NCBI GenBank assembly: GCA_977018835.1
Contig: OZ361256.1
Span: forward strand, 6,014,001-6,078,000
Direction of reading: 5' to 3'
From: Minutocellus sp. GHC0000111
Taxonomy: Eukaryota
DNA length: 64,000 nt
Shown: in pieces, positions 12,330-23,868 of the stretch
How positions within the stretch are numbered: the first letter of the stretch is position 1
Layout of the letters: every line of letters starts with the position of its first letter
The notes under the pieces: model-generated
What the model was told of the DNA's origin: nothing
Seen by the model: only the letters and a program-made list of their open reading frames with translations
The model's database searches: none
Position numbers and translations under genes: made by a program

Positions 12330-13577
12330 ATGAATGACTCCGTTGTCGTGCCTCCAGTGAGCATGATTCGCGAGACTGCCGTAACGGAGCTCAACGACGG
12401 CGAGAACTTTGGCTTCTCCGACGATGAAAATTCTCTCGTTGACGAAGACGCACCTGGTCCATTTGTTCCCCATGTAAATTCATCCAAAAATCTCATTATC
12501 AAGGAAGTTGGCGTCATGCCTCTCAAAGGAGATTCGCTAGATCGAAGGGATAGCCATTCCACTCTCGGAAGTGTCGATCCCAGCGACCCTCGTCGAAACC
12601 CACAAGATGTTGCAAGAGACAAGATGCGGGAAAAGAAGATCAAACAATTTCGCCGGGAGTCCATGCGGAGGAGAGGAAGCTCGCGGTCCACTGGGAGCGG
12701 ATTAGATTTGGTCAGAATGCCTTCTCTCAATAATTTGGAGTTGGATGAGATGGACGATACCCCGCAGGTTCGTGATGGACTCAAGATTGTCATGACCGAC
12801 CGCAAGATGCTCATGCTAGGTGCAGTCCAGAGTTTGTTTGAAGGGTCAATGTATATTTTTGTGATGCAGTGGCCCCCAGCACTGATTTCAGCCGTGAAGG
12901 GCTACTACGGTGCAGAGGAAACTGTTCCGTTCGGGGCCATCTTTTCTTGCTTCATGGCTTGCTGCATGGTCGGCTCAACCATCTTTGGGAAACTGACCAG
13001 CAGGAAGGGAGCATCTATGGAAAGGCTTTTCCTTGGCATGCTCTTTGTCTCCGCTCTTTCCATGGCAGCGGCAACTTGGGCGATTTATGCCGGTCATGAT
13101 TTCGTCACTCTCGTGTTGTCCTTATTTGCATTCGAAGGCGCCGTTGGAATGTACTTTCCACTCATCGGCTTCATGCGAGGAAAATACTTGTATGCTTCGC
13201 ACCGATCTGTCATCATGACCTTATTCAGCGTCCCACTAAATGTGCTCGTAGTAACAGTCTGCTTGTTCCTCAGCAAGCTTGGGACTACAGGTGCTTTTAT
13301 GGTGGCGAGTGTCGCGTTGACAGTAGCTACTGGATGTATGGCATGGCTCATTCACATCCGAAGAAGGGAGGCAAGGCGGCATTGGATGGAAGTAAAGAAG
13401 GCGCTACGAAGGTTATCCCTGACCAAAAAGTTTGTTGAGGTTGTGGAGGGAAAGCGAGATGAAAAGAGGAGACAAAGGAAGAGAGGAGTGAGGAGAGAAA
13501 ACTCGGGTAATCTGCGCATGACGCTCCGAGAATCTGTCCGAGATTCGATCCGTATGGGTGCAATTATGGGTGCCTAA
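12330..13577 (+). CDS. MFSD5/MOT2-like (MFS_5) transporter, C-terminal half only, behind a hydrophilic N-terminal region
   Basis: LGAVQSLFEGSMYIFV.QWPP, VPFGAIFSCFMACCMVGS, FEGAVGMYFP, SHRSVIM.LF.VPLN; clear paralog of 17569-18300. Confidence 0.75.
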   Translation: MNDSVVVPPVSMIRETAVTELNDGENFGFSDDENSLVDEDAPGPFVPHVNSSKNLIIKEVGVMPLKGDSLDRRDSHSTLGSVDPSDPRRNPQDVARDKMREKKIKQFRRESMRRRGSSRSTGSGLDLVRMPSLNNLELDEMDDTPQVRDGLKIVMTDRKMLMLGAVQSLFEGSMYIFVMQWPPALISAVKGYYGAEETVPFGAIFSCFMACCMVGSTIFGKLTSRKGASMERLFLGMLFVSALSMAAATWAIYAGHDFVTLVLSLFAFEGAVGMYFPLIGFMRGKYLYASHRSVIMTLFSVPLNVLVVTVCLFLSKLGTTGAFMVASVALTVATGCMAWLIHIRRREARRHWMEVKKALRRLSLTKKFVEVVEGKRDEKRRQRKRGVRRENSGNLRMTLRESVRDSIRMGAIMGA

Positions 13578-13687
13578 TAGATGCACATAGATATTGTAAA
13601 CTGCCGAGCCACATAATATTATGAATTGCACATAAATCATCCACAAATTATTACCATTGTAGCGATGTTTACATTGCATCTCCTATT

Positions 13688-15183
13688 GAGTGATTCCACG
13701 AGACCGCCGACAAAATCGCCGTAAATAGTAAGGCACTAGGAAATTTTTTTGTGCGATACTTTATGCAGCGCAAAAATGAACCCACTAAATGGCCTCTCTC
13801 AACACGGCGAAAGCAAGGAGAATTCATCTCCACAAGAAGGCCACCAAATGATGGTATAACGATAAATAACTCCAAGCCAACCGATGTATACGCCAACTAC
13901 ATGCGTTAGGTGAGTATTGCATACTTGAAAGCAAACTCATTCGTACATCATGTGCTATTTTAGCAACATCTCCTCATGCCCAGAAATTTTCAATATTTTT
14001 TACCCTCAAAATGGCAAAGAATGATGGCTGATGCTTGTCTACATCCATTTCAATCCTCCCTGACCGGCATTACTTTCACTTGGGTAATATTGGGAGCAAG
14101 TTTGCGCCAGAGGGTCGATATTGGGCCCCATCTTTGTATCATTGTGGCCGTCACCATGGAAAGCAAAACATCTGAAAGTAGCAAATCCCCAACTACAACC
14201 CCCTTCAAGCCTCAACCACTGTTCCTTCACGCAATATCAGCACGCACGATGCTCATTCTATATTACATCCATCGATCTCACGTGTTGGTTTGGCCGCTTT
14301 CTCCGGTTTCGTTCCTCTCGGGCGGCAGAAGCAATGAAGGTGAAATCTGGTGCCGACATCAGACACGGGACTTTGGGAATAGTTTTCTCTATGAATTGTC
14401 AAGAAATGCCACCACCCCCCACTCAAATGCGCTTGGTATATATATGGGTGAAGCGTCGACGGCTCAGTGCAACGGAAGTGGTGCATGGACCGCATAAAAG
14501 CATCCGGACCAACTTTCGGATGGGTGGTGTAATGGGGGTGGTAATGGCGCTGGGCCACATTTCGCGGTACAGGCACGCACCGACGCACCGCTATCGCCCA
14601 AAAATCCCTTCCAGTAATATTCAGGAAGGCATCTAGGTGGTCAGAGTGTATGCGATGGCCGGGGTGGTGCTGTACATCGGGCGAACATGGTCGTGATGGA
14701 ACGTCGGAAACTGTCGAAAAAATCGGGTCTAACGCGAACGAATTTTTCAAGGCTCAAAAAGTAATTGCAAGTCTCCTGCTGCACCACAGTGTTGTGAAAG
14801 GCTATTACAAGGGTATGGTGCCCCGTAGTCTTGATTGTTCTCAATGGGAGGCACGTCGGCGACACATGTTGTGGCCCCATTCGTTGAACGAAATGGGTTT
14901 TGTTTCGTTATAAAGTTTAATGTATTTTTTCTTTCTTGAAACAGCACAAGTGTATTCTACGACATAAAAATAAATTTTCAAACAATAGTGTACCAAAAGA
15001 AACACTCTAATACCGTATCTATATCATGTGCTAAAAGAGCACCAAGATCATTGTACCAACTTCCTTTTATTGTTGATTATGGTCTACAATACCCTTCTGA
15101 GTAAGGATCGTCAATAAAAGGAAGTTGGTACAATGTTTACGAAACATCGCGGAGGGGGTGTCTGCTCTCTCGTGAAATCACTC
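13688..15183. mobile_element. Non-autonomous DNA transposon (1.5 kb) with GAG...CTC termini, possibly Sola-like
   Basis: TIR GAGTGATTCCACGAGA (13688) / TCTCGTGAAATCACTC (ends 15183), 15/16 match. TATT flanks both ends (13684-13687, 15184-15187). No transposase ORF. Confidence 0.75.
15049..15135. repeat. Perfect 24-bp inverted repeat (hairpin) near the right end of the element
   Basis: CATTGTACCAACTTCCTTTTATTG (15049-15072) and its exact reverse complement (15112-15135). Confidence 0.9.
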
Positions 15184-15218
15184 TATTAGACTACGACGTA
15201 GATGGTATGAAATCCTTT

Positions 15219-16088
15219 TCAGGCATTTCTCCATATTATCCTTGAGTCGTCTTCGTCGTCCCACGAGCTTTCCACTGGTGATTCTGAGCCATCTAACTTA
15301 TTCACAAGCTCGATCAAACAACCATCTGCGTCATAAATGAATGCTAGCTCGTATTGATCCCTCCCAAACAGTTTCACTCGAGGCTCCAGTGCCACTCGCA
15401 GATCCTTCCCGAATTGACTCTTCGATTTGGAGTTCAAGGCATCAATCCACCCCTGCAAATTTCCAGTCGAGTTTCCGCCATTATCGCCATCTACTGACAT
15501 TGTACGTAAAGATTCGGAAACATCCAAGCACATATGGTCCCAACCCAAAACGGCTGAGTTGGTCATCCGATCCAAAGCTCTCATTCGTGGCATTTGTTTT
15601 CGTTCTTCCTCGTCAGTTCCCTCGTACAATATTTCCTCGGGTATCTCGATTAATTCTATTCTGGCTGCGGAGTTGATGCGGGAATCGCTGTTTATACCGT
15701 CTTTTCTACTGTTATCGCCATTGGGCATATGCTCCAACCAAGCTGCCCGGGCTCGTCCGCTCCGAAACTTGGCAATTGGGTAAAAGTCCAAAAGGGAGTA
15801 GAATGCTATCGACATTTCAATGTTGCTGGTCTTCATGGCCGTGTGATGCTGCTGCATGCAACGTGTGATGGAAGGAACTGTTAAAGGATCGCTAGCATCT
15901 GCATCACTTGAGGACAATGCCAATGCCGTCGGCGACGTTGCTATCATCGCATCGTCTCGTCTCAACATCAGATGCGTGTCACCAAGTTCCTTTCTTAAGT
16001 ATCTCATCTTTGGAAATGCACGAGAAGTAAATGCGGAAGACGCGCTGGCGCCCAGGAGGCAAAGAACAAAAGATCGCATGATGCTCAT
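15219..16088 (-). CDS. Plastid-targeted glyoxalase/VOC-family protein
   Basis: Signal peptide + SSAF; HHTAMKTSNIEMSIAFYSLL, RIELIE, GWDHMCLDV, AFIYDADGCLIELV. Confidence 0.8.
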   Translation of the reverse strand: MSIMRSFVLCLLGASASSAFTSRAFPKMRYLRKELGDTHLMLRRDDAMIATSPTALALSSSDADASDPLTVPSITRCMQQHHTAMKTSNIEMSIAFYSLLDFYPIAKFRSGRARAAWLEHMPNGDNSRKDGINSDSRINSAARIELIEIPEEILYEGTDEEERKQMPRMRALDRMTNSAVLGWDHMCLDVSESLRTMSVDGDNGGNSTGNLQGWIDALNSKSKSQFGKDLRVALEPRVKLFGRDQYELAFIYDADGCLIELVNKLDGSESPVESSWDDEDDSRIIWRNA

Positions 16089-16534
16089 TCTCTCTAGAGG
16101 TCCTAGGACGTCAGAGCCGCGACTGACTCTTGAGCCTTTTGCGTCCTCGTGCTCGGGCCTCGGGCCTTGCGATTGCCCTCGATCCTCGAGCAATCGCGGT
16201 TGCCACTGTTTCGAAAACGTCTGTCGCCACGTCAAAGAAACTCTGGCTTTCTGGTCTGAGATCCCACTTCAACTCTGACCCGCCGCCGCCACCGCCACAC
16301 AACAGGGCTGCCGCCACACATCAAGGCTATCGCTACACCAGCCCACCTGTCTCACTCGCGCTCTTGCGGTTGCACTGACTCGCCGATAACGTGAGACGCT
16401 TGTAATTTTGCGCCGAATGGCATGTAAAGTGAAGAGTGCAGAGTTTGCGAAATTGAGCAGGTACGTAGTGCAGGTAGTAAGGACAAACGACAAGAGGAAG
16501 CTGTGAGAGCCTTTTCTCACAAACGACCCAAGAG

Positions 16535-18300
16535 ATGACGACCATCTCAAAGAAAGGCCGGGGCCTACAAAACTTGACCATCGTGGTGCAATGTATAACC
16601 TCGAGTTTGCTGGCTGCATTTGCCGTATTGGGCATTCAACTGTGGTCTTCGGCTGCAAATGTAAACCTCATTCGAAGCATGAGCGCTGCAGCATGTGCCA
16701 TGCATGAGTATGAAATAGCCCTCCTACAACAATTGGCGCCGGAAAGTCCTGAGGAATTGTTCAACCGCGCCCTGCTTGGACTGGGAACAATCATCGCACT
16801 TATGCGCGCAAATCAATACATGGAATCTCAGAAAGAAAAGGCCTCTGCAGCAGATAGCATTGGTCCATCCAAACGAACAGTCAAGGTCAAGCCGGCATCG
16901 GTTAAATCGTTACAGTTGCGATTCCTGCCAGTGTTTTGGTTGCTTCGATTGGCATTTTGGATGTCGGGTCCCTATTTCTATCAAGTTTATGCATCAAAGG
17001 TGTTTAATGGACAGCTTGCGACCCAAACTACAATATCTAGGATATTTCTTGTTGGCTTTGCTTCAATAGCTCTGTTAGGCCCGATGATGGGGAGACTTCT
17101 CGACACTTACGGAAGAAAAAAGGGTACGCTTACAGCCGCTCTGCTCTATACGGTCGGTGCCCTCTCTACAACCTGCAATACGTTGCCAATGATTTTTGCC
17201 GGTAGAGCAATCGGTGGGCTGGGAACTAGTTTGCTAGGCAGTGCACCGGAAGCCTGGGTCGTAAGTGAGGCCATGAGAGGTACGAATGGTGATGCGTCCT
17301 ACTTGAGTGAGACCTTCGGCATTGCTTACTCATATGATCCTGTTCTAGCCATTATCAGCGGGCAGCTTTCTGGCGCAGTAGCGAAGCAGCGTGGGCCAAC
17401 AGGGCCTTTTCTGTTTTTGCCAGCCTTCTTGGTCGGTGCTTGTTTGATTGCGATCGTATTTTGGGGGGAGAATAAAGCCAAAGCAGCGTCTCCCACTGAC
17501 GATGATGCAAACGACGATAAAAAAGATGCGCCAAAAAAGGCAACCGTACGCGACGGACTCAACATCATATGGCCGACAAGAAACTCCTGATGCTGGGCGC
17601 TATCCAAAGTCTTTTCGAAGGATCAATGTATATTTTTGTTAGCCAGTGGCCTCCGGCAATGGCAGCCGCTGTAACAAAAGCTTATGGGGAGGGCTCAACA
17701 GTCCCCTTTGGGACGGTATTCTCGTGCTTCATGGCATGCTGCATAGTTGGCTCTAGCATCTTTGCTTCCACATCAAAAAGCGGTATATTTCTCGAAAGGC
17801 ACAAAACCAAGATGCTTATGCTTGCATCGGCATCGCTTGCCTTCTCTACATACATTATTGCCACGAGTTCCGACGTTTATGGCTTAGTACTGGCACTGTT
17901 TGTTTTTGAAGGTTGCGTAGGGTACTATTTTCCCATGATGGGAACCATGAGAAGTAAGTTTTTGCCAGACAGCCACAGATCCGTCATCATGAGTATTTAC
18001 GGTATCCCTTTGAATGTTTTTGTAGTATCAGACTTTTTGTTCATGGGGAAACTCGGAAGCACAGGTGCTTTTGCCATTGCATCTTTTGCCCTTTTGCTCG
18101 CAAGTGCATGCATGCTTTATTTGAGACGCGTCCGAAAGCGAGAGGCGATACAAAATCTGAAGATGATTCGAATTGCCTTTCGGCAACAGTGCAATGTGCG
18201 CATTTTTACCAATGCTGTATCACCACCGAGACTACAGCGACGCGAGAGCATCACTATGCAAATATTTAAGCAGATTCGAATCGATCTACCGGCTTGTTAG
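16535..18300 (+). CDS. Full-length MFSD5/MOT2-like molybdate-anion transporter; 1-nt frameshift near 17569
   Basis: FLPVFWLLRLAFWMSGPYFYQVY, D.YGRKKG, GRAIGGLGTSLL.SAPEAW, then LGAIQSLFEGSMYIFV in the adjacent frame. Confidence 0.82.
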
Positions 18301-18395
18301 ACAGTTTCCTCAAATAAAGTCGAACTTCTGCTTGCTAGCTAGACAGGTTTCTAATAGAGTTTAACACACCAGTTCTTTTGAATAGCATATTATTG

Positions 18396-20156
18396 TCAAG
18401 GAGGATTATTCTTTCTTGCCATATTCCATTGCAATTTTTCCAGTGCGTTTCGTCTTGTTGATGCCACTACTTTGGAACATGCCCATGCAATTCGAGATAT
18501 AGCGCTATGTGGTAATGATTGCAGCAATTGCTCGGCGTCCTCCGCAGTCATTGGATATACCGCATGCTCTAGCGACTTGGTCAGTCCGTCATCTCCAATC
18601 AAGCCATACAAAAAGGCTGCAAGTGGCGAATTGCGGATATCAAATGAGCTTGCCGACTCCCGGCCATCTCTCAAGATACGGAATACCGTCTCATCCAGTT
18701 CAACGCCACTTGAAGGATCGGGTATTGGTTCAATGTCGTCTTCCATCTTGGGCGTCACGATCCCAGGCTTCCTTGGGTCGCCGACCCACATGCTAAGTGA
18801 GGAATCACCGCCAGTCTTTTCAGCCAAGGCCGCCAGCACCGATATGCTCAATAATTTGGCATTCATGTACTTCTTGGCAATGGCAAGATTTTCCGTCGCC
18901 TTTGAGACCTTTGACGCCATCTCGTCATCACTTGGAACACCCTCAAAGCTGCGATATACGGTGGTGGGATCCAGGAAGTTGAAAAATCCAGCCATCTTGA
19001 CCAAAGAGTGAGCAAAGCTGGATATTCGGTATACCTTTTGACGCATCTTCAGATTTGTTTCGGGCATCAGATTCCAGGTGTTAGAAAGAAATACGCTGAT
19101 ATCTCCCGCAAAATTGGCAACATCGCGATTCGCAAGAAGCTGAGCTTGCTGAACAGTCAGGACGAGATCTGACATGGACATTGCCCCCAATTCATCCCTG
19201 AATTGATTCCGAACGGCCATGAGCCGATTGAAAAGAACCATTGGTGGCAGACTTCCCTCTTTGTCGGGCTTGCGGAATGGCACCGTCGCCTCGATACATG
19301 CCGCTATACGAAACATGTGCTCGAGCGGAAGCACATCCTGCAAACAACGGATGAACAGCGCGGCCGATAAAAATTCGTTCAGTCCTCCAAAGGGGTTCAA
19401 TTTCTGTCCTGGTTGGAATCCAAACACACCCATCAGCATCGCCATTGGCACATCGGCAGGATCATTGGAATCGTAGGCATTCTCACTCAAATGAACGGAA
19501 CCGTCCGAACTGTCCTCGACAATGACACCCTCCAACAGCTGGGCCTGCTCATCGGACAGACCACCGTCAACAGTATAGTAGATGATATCGTGGAAATAAG
19601 CCGATAGGGTTTGGACCGCCTGTTTCTGTGCTCTATCGGGTGCATCCTCATCATATTCGTCCTCATCGCCGCTCACCGCAAAGACATGGTCAATGCCATG
19701 AAAGTCACGGGACGAAGCGCTCATGCTCTCATAGACGAGCGTGGACCAGTCCTCCAACTGGGCATTGGTTGCCGAGGCACCCAGCGCGTGCAGACTAGTG
19801 TTGAGACCGGTGGTAAGACGCTGCAGACGGGTCCCCTGGTATATGGAGGTGGCTTGTGCTGGGCCTCCCTGCTGTATCGACGAGGAATGCAATATGTTTG
19901 TACCGATTGTTTGCAATTTTGCGAGTATGCTGTTGCGGCTTATTTTCGCCTCGCCACTTGGATTAACTGCACCATACAGGATGACACTGATCAGACCGAC
20001 GATAAGGGATGCATGCATCCACACGCCATTGCCATTGTTGGCCGGCTGTGGTGCTCCTGTCGTCTGTGGAGCACGTTGTGCTTGCCCTTCCGCTTGTTGT
20101 TGTGTGTCTTTCTTGTGCCCATTAGCGCGTGGTCGCGACCGCGTTCGTGGCGCCAT
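18396..20156 (-). CDS. Membrane-anchored HD-domain-like (metal-dependent phosphohydrolase) protein
   Basis: N-terminal TM segment; RDFHGIDHVF, AYFHDIIY, NEFLSA, ACIEATVPFR, NRDVANFA. Intronless. Confidence 0.6.
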   Translation of the reverse strand: MAPRTRSRPRANGHKKDTQQQAEGQAQRAPQTTGAPQPANNGNGVWMHASLIVGLISVILYGAVNPSGEAKISRNSILAKLQTIGTNILHSSSIQQGGPAQATSIYQGTRLQRLTTGLNTSLHALGASATNAQLEDWSTLVYESMSASSRDFHGIDHVFAVSGDEDEYDEDAPDRAQKQAVQTLSAYFHDIIYYTVDGGLSDEQAQLLEGVIVEDSSDGSVHLSENAYDSNDPADVPMAMLMGVFGFQPGQKLNPFGGLNEFLSAALFIRCLQDVLPLEHMFRIAACIEATVPFRKPDKEGSLPPMVLFNRLMAVRNQFRDELGAMSMSDLVLTVQQAQLLANRDVANFAGDISVFLSNTWNLMPETNLKMRQKVYRISSFAHSLVKMAGFFNFLDPTTVYRSFEGVPSDDEMASKVSKATENLAIAKKYMNAKLLSISVLAALAEKTGGDSSLSMWVGDPRKPGIVTPKMEDDIEPIPDPSSGVELDETVFRILRDGRESASSFDIRNSPLAAFLYGLIGDDGLTKSLEHAVYPMTAEDAEQLLQSLPHSAISRIAWACSKVVASTRRNALEKLQWNMARKNNPP

Positions 20157-20432
20157 AATATCTGGAAATATCCCGCAGTCTTCGTCGTTGGTGCTTTGGC
20201 TTTGACTTGTGGTTACTGCATGCATGTACAAGAGGAGGAAGTGGGGTAAAGGCTACGCGCACACGCACGTCCTCCGATGGCGGTCGCCACCTCACTGTTC
20301 TTGCGGAACATCTTCGAATCTCTTTTGACACATCGCGCGCGCGGATGACCCGCCTGCCGGTGGACTCACTCGACACAGAAAAGTCTTGAAGGCGTCAAGC
20401 TTCATTCTTCATTCTTCAACCGGACGCTTGCC

Positions 20433-21143
20433 ATGGCCGTCTTTTGTCTCTACCGCTTTATCACACTCTTGATTGTTTCGACGCTCAGCACACTGTCCGT
20501 CGTCAGTGCGTTTACCCCCACTATGGCTCGCGCCCTAACAATTCGAGGCGGCGGAAGCGGAAACGCGCCACAACAATCTTCCCCTCACACCATGCTCAAC
20601 CTGTTCAAGTCGGCAGCCGTCCGGGCGGGGATGCAATCGGCCTCGATCATGACGGTGGCCGATATAATGACACAGCTGGTCGTGGAGAAGAAGTCTCTGG
20701 TTGGAAATAAATCCGAGGATGACAATGTTGTAGCACGGTACGATCCTGTACGAACACTGCGTTGGGCGACGGTCGGGCTGACCCTTCACGGACCCTACTT
20801 TCGATATTGCTTCGCCAGGTTGGATCAAATGTTTGCGGGAACGGCGCAGAGTCTACTGGTGGTCGCCAAGAAGACGGCCCTGGCACAATTTATTGTGTTT
20901 CCGCCGTACCTGGTGGCACAGTTTACAGCGATTGGTCTCATGGAGGGCAGCGACGACATCGTCGGGAAAGTCCGAACGAATGTGCCCAAGGCATTCATGA
21001 GTGGATGCATCTTTTGGCCAATCGCAAATTGCTTCAACTTTGCATTGGTCCCATCGACGGCGAGAGTACCGTATTTGGCATCTGTCGGGGCTCTATGGAA
21101 TGGCTATCTCAGTTTTATGAAATCCAAATCATCAAAAAAATAG
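20433..21143 (+). CDS. Mpv17/PMP22 family membrane protein with N-terminal targeting peptide
   Basis: ADIMTQ...YDPVRTLR...HGPY...KKTALAQ...FWPIANCFNFALVP..RVPY...WNGYLS. Confidence 0.88.
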   Translation: MAVFCLYRFITLLIVSTLSTLSVVSAFTPTMARALTIRGGGSGNAPQQSSPHTMLNLFKSAAVRAGMQSASIMTVADIMTQLVVEKKSLVGNKSEDDNVVARYDPVRTLRWATVGLTLHGPYFRYCFARLDQMFAGTAQSLLVVAKKTALAQFIVFPPYLVAQFTAIGLMEGSDDIVGKVRTNVPKAFMSGCIFWPIANCFNFALVPSTARVPYLASVGALWNGYLSFMKSKSSKK

Positions 21144-21349
21144 AACACACACTTAGAGTAGTTTATTCATTAAAGAGCCATGACTCATGAAGAGGCAGCT
21201 CATCGGCGGGGCCTCCCCCCCTTTAGTAACTACTGGTAATAAGTGATAGGGACATTGGTAACTATTAGGGTGGGTATTGGTATCTCAAAATTTGCTGGCA
21301 GATTCGGCCTCCGAACAAAATTCCCGATCGATATCTCGAGATACATGTA

Positions 21350-21373
21350 GAGTGATTCCACGAGACCGCCGAC
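21350..21373. repeat. Solo left-end remnant of the 13688-15183 element
   Basis: GAGTGATTCCACGAGACCGCCGAC is identical to 13688-13711. Confidence 0.85.
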
Positions 21374-22059
21374 GTAGATCTACTTCTTGGATATTCTAGA
21401 CTACCGGTAGATCTACGCATCGAAAGCAAACCTCTCCATATTACGGCATTACACGGAATAGACCATACTACAGTTTCTAACCAACTTTCTTCCCCATCTG
21501 TACCCTACATATATACCAGCACGGGATGTCGGTCAGTTGCTGCTGGGTTTCTAGCTACGTAGCTAGGCTAGGCAGGTTGTCAAAATCCGCGCGCGCTGGC
21601 CTCGCCTCGCAATCGCAACGGAAATTGACGAAATCGTCAGTGAAGTCAGTGTGATCGGTGACCAAGACCCACGGCTTCCTCTTCGGCAGTTGTTGCCAGC
21701 AGTCTGTAATTAGATTGGGTCTGTCGCCGCAGATTGGTTAAGTAGACGGTGAGTCGATGGAGGCACGAACCGTGCTTTAACATAGCTAGCTAGTTTCGTC
21801 CTGCCCAGCGTGCACTTCTCGTTTCAATTTTCATTCTTTCTGTGGAGGCTCGAGAAAGTAGTCCCGAACATTAATTGCCTTCTTCTTCACCAACCCGCTG
21901 CCACTTTCTCTCGTAACTAACGAATATCTGCTGCCTCTAATGAAAACTTTTTGACAACATATTAGCTGGCTCTTATTTGTCCGCTGTTTGCTTTTCGTAG
22001 AGTGATCCTGTGTGCCGGACTTGATCAGCCAGCAAAATCTCAGTCGGCCACAAAGAATA

Positions 22060-23687
22060 ATGGTCGGTCGTAAGCTCGCCCTGGCGTTGGGCGCCTTGCT
22101 CATATTGGCCGTCGCGTCGGAGAGTAACGCGCTCAAGGCTGATGAGAATGCCGACATCGAGGAAACTCGTGTCAACCCTGCCCATCTGAATAACAACGCG
22201 CAGAAGAAGAAAATCAACCTATCTTCTGCGCTGCAGACTCTGGTCCATCGGGTTCTCAAAACGAAAGATGGTGGTGATGTAGAACCCGGGCGTTACAAAG
22301 GAACCAACGCCGGTGGCACTGAGCGAGATTTAGAGTCGAGGGCTTGGTTTAAATATATGCAAGAGAAGAATGACAACATCTTCGAGGAAGATGGTGTTCC
22401 TGAGCCACGCGCGGCGGGCAAACCAAAGAGCGGAAAAGAGAACCAAGAAGAAGGCCGGTGGCCGCCGCCGTAAGAAGAATAGAGGCAAGGGCAAAGGGAG
22501 GCGTAGCAGTGGTCGCGGGAAGGGTGAGTTTGGCATTTGTTCTCGTTGTTACAATTGATTCCATGTCATCATGCTGGAAAGCTGGAAAATTGCATGCTGT
22601 TTGCATTCCTAATGCTCGACCACAAGACTAAACTTATGTTTCGACCATCTTCTTCAACAGGACGAAGCCCGGGTAAAGGACATAGCGGCGGATATGGGGG
22701 CAAGGGACGTAGTAAGGGAGGAGGTACGTCTACTTCGTGTGTCTTATTTGGATTGCCTGAGGTGTATGATTATATTTGAAATTTATTTTTACGTCGTATG
22801 ATATATTGCTTTAATGAACCCATGTTTTCTCGTTTGTTGCGGATATCGGACCTTCAATACGTAGGAAAAGGATATTCGGGCGGTGGCGGTGGCGGTGGCG
22901 GAGGAGGTGAGTTTTGGCATTTGGCTGTGAGCTTTTTAAGACGGGTTCTTCGTTTTATTGTGCGGAGATAATCTCACATCTCACCATGTCCCCAATTTCC
23001 AATTTTGCGGCAGGGAAAGGTTATTCTGGAGGAAAGGGCTATAGCGGAGGAGGAGGGCGGAGGAGGAGGAGTAGGTGAGTTGATGGATGGAGGCCAATTG
23101 AGGGCAATTGTTTATTCGTGCTTCAAATGTGCATGTCGATTAACGTCTAACAGAATATTACGTGTTTTTTTTTTTTTTCTTTTTTTTTTTTGAATTTCCA
23201 ATGCTGTATCACAAACTAACGCTTCCTCTCACTCTTTCGTATTCTTTCCAGGCAAGGGCAAGGGCTACAGCGGCGGTTACGGGGGGAAGGGGCGTAGCAA
23301 AGGCGGAGGTACGTCTTTTGTATGCGAAATAAGCATGATTTTCTCGATCTACATGTGGGTCTACTACTATGATAATTTTATATTTCTGCTGCGTTAATCT
23401 CACAAATCACAATGTTCCTGCGACATGTGCCCCATTTTGTGGCAGGGAAAGGTTATTCTGGAGGAAAGGGCTACAGCGGAGGAGGTGAGTTGACACATTC
23501 AGCACAATTGTTTATTCGTTAATTTCTTCAAAAACAGAAGGAAAATCTTGCTGCATCGTCTCACAATGTGTTTGATAATGCGCATAATGCCGTTCTTCCA
23601 TTGTTGTAATCAGGCAAAGGAGGTGGAGGAGGCTCGGGGAAGGGCAAGGGGCGTGCACTTCGTGCTCAAGCCAAGACCAATTCATAA
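22060..23687 (+). CDS. Secreted Gly/Lys/Tyr/Ser-rich protein; 7 exons (22060-22523, 22661-22723, 22865-22906, 23014-23074, 23252-23308, 23446-23484, 23614-23687); probable +1 homopolymer errors near 22436 and 23056
   Basis: Signal peptide; six GT-AG introns, all phase 1 once the two indels are corrected; exons encode GKG(Y/H)SGG units; RDL and RAL motifs. Confidence 0.75.
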
Positions 23688-23868
23688 AATGTAGCTTGAA
23701 CCGGCGATGTCTGTGATACTGTATGATTTGTTTTCATAAAATGCACCTTTGTTTTTGGTGTGATATGTAGTACTTTAATGAAATACTTTGGTTGGTTTGT
23801 CGTCTATCTGTATACCATCAAAGTCATAGCTCTTGAATACAATTCTTCTGGCTTGTAAAGAATCACTT

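Noticed and set aside
13976..14947. ORFs inside the 1.5-kb element as transposase or cargo genes
   Set aside because: Short overlapping ORFs on both strands with no recognisable motifs.
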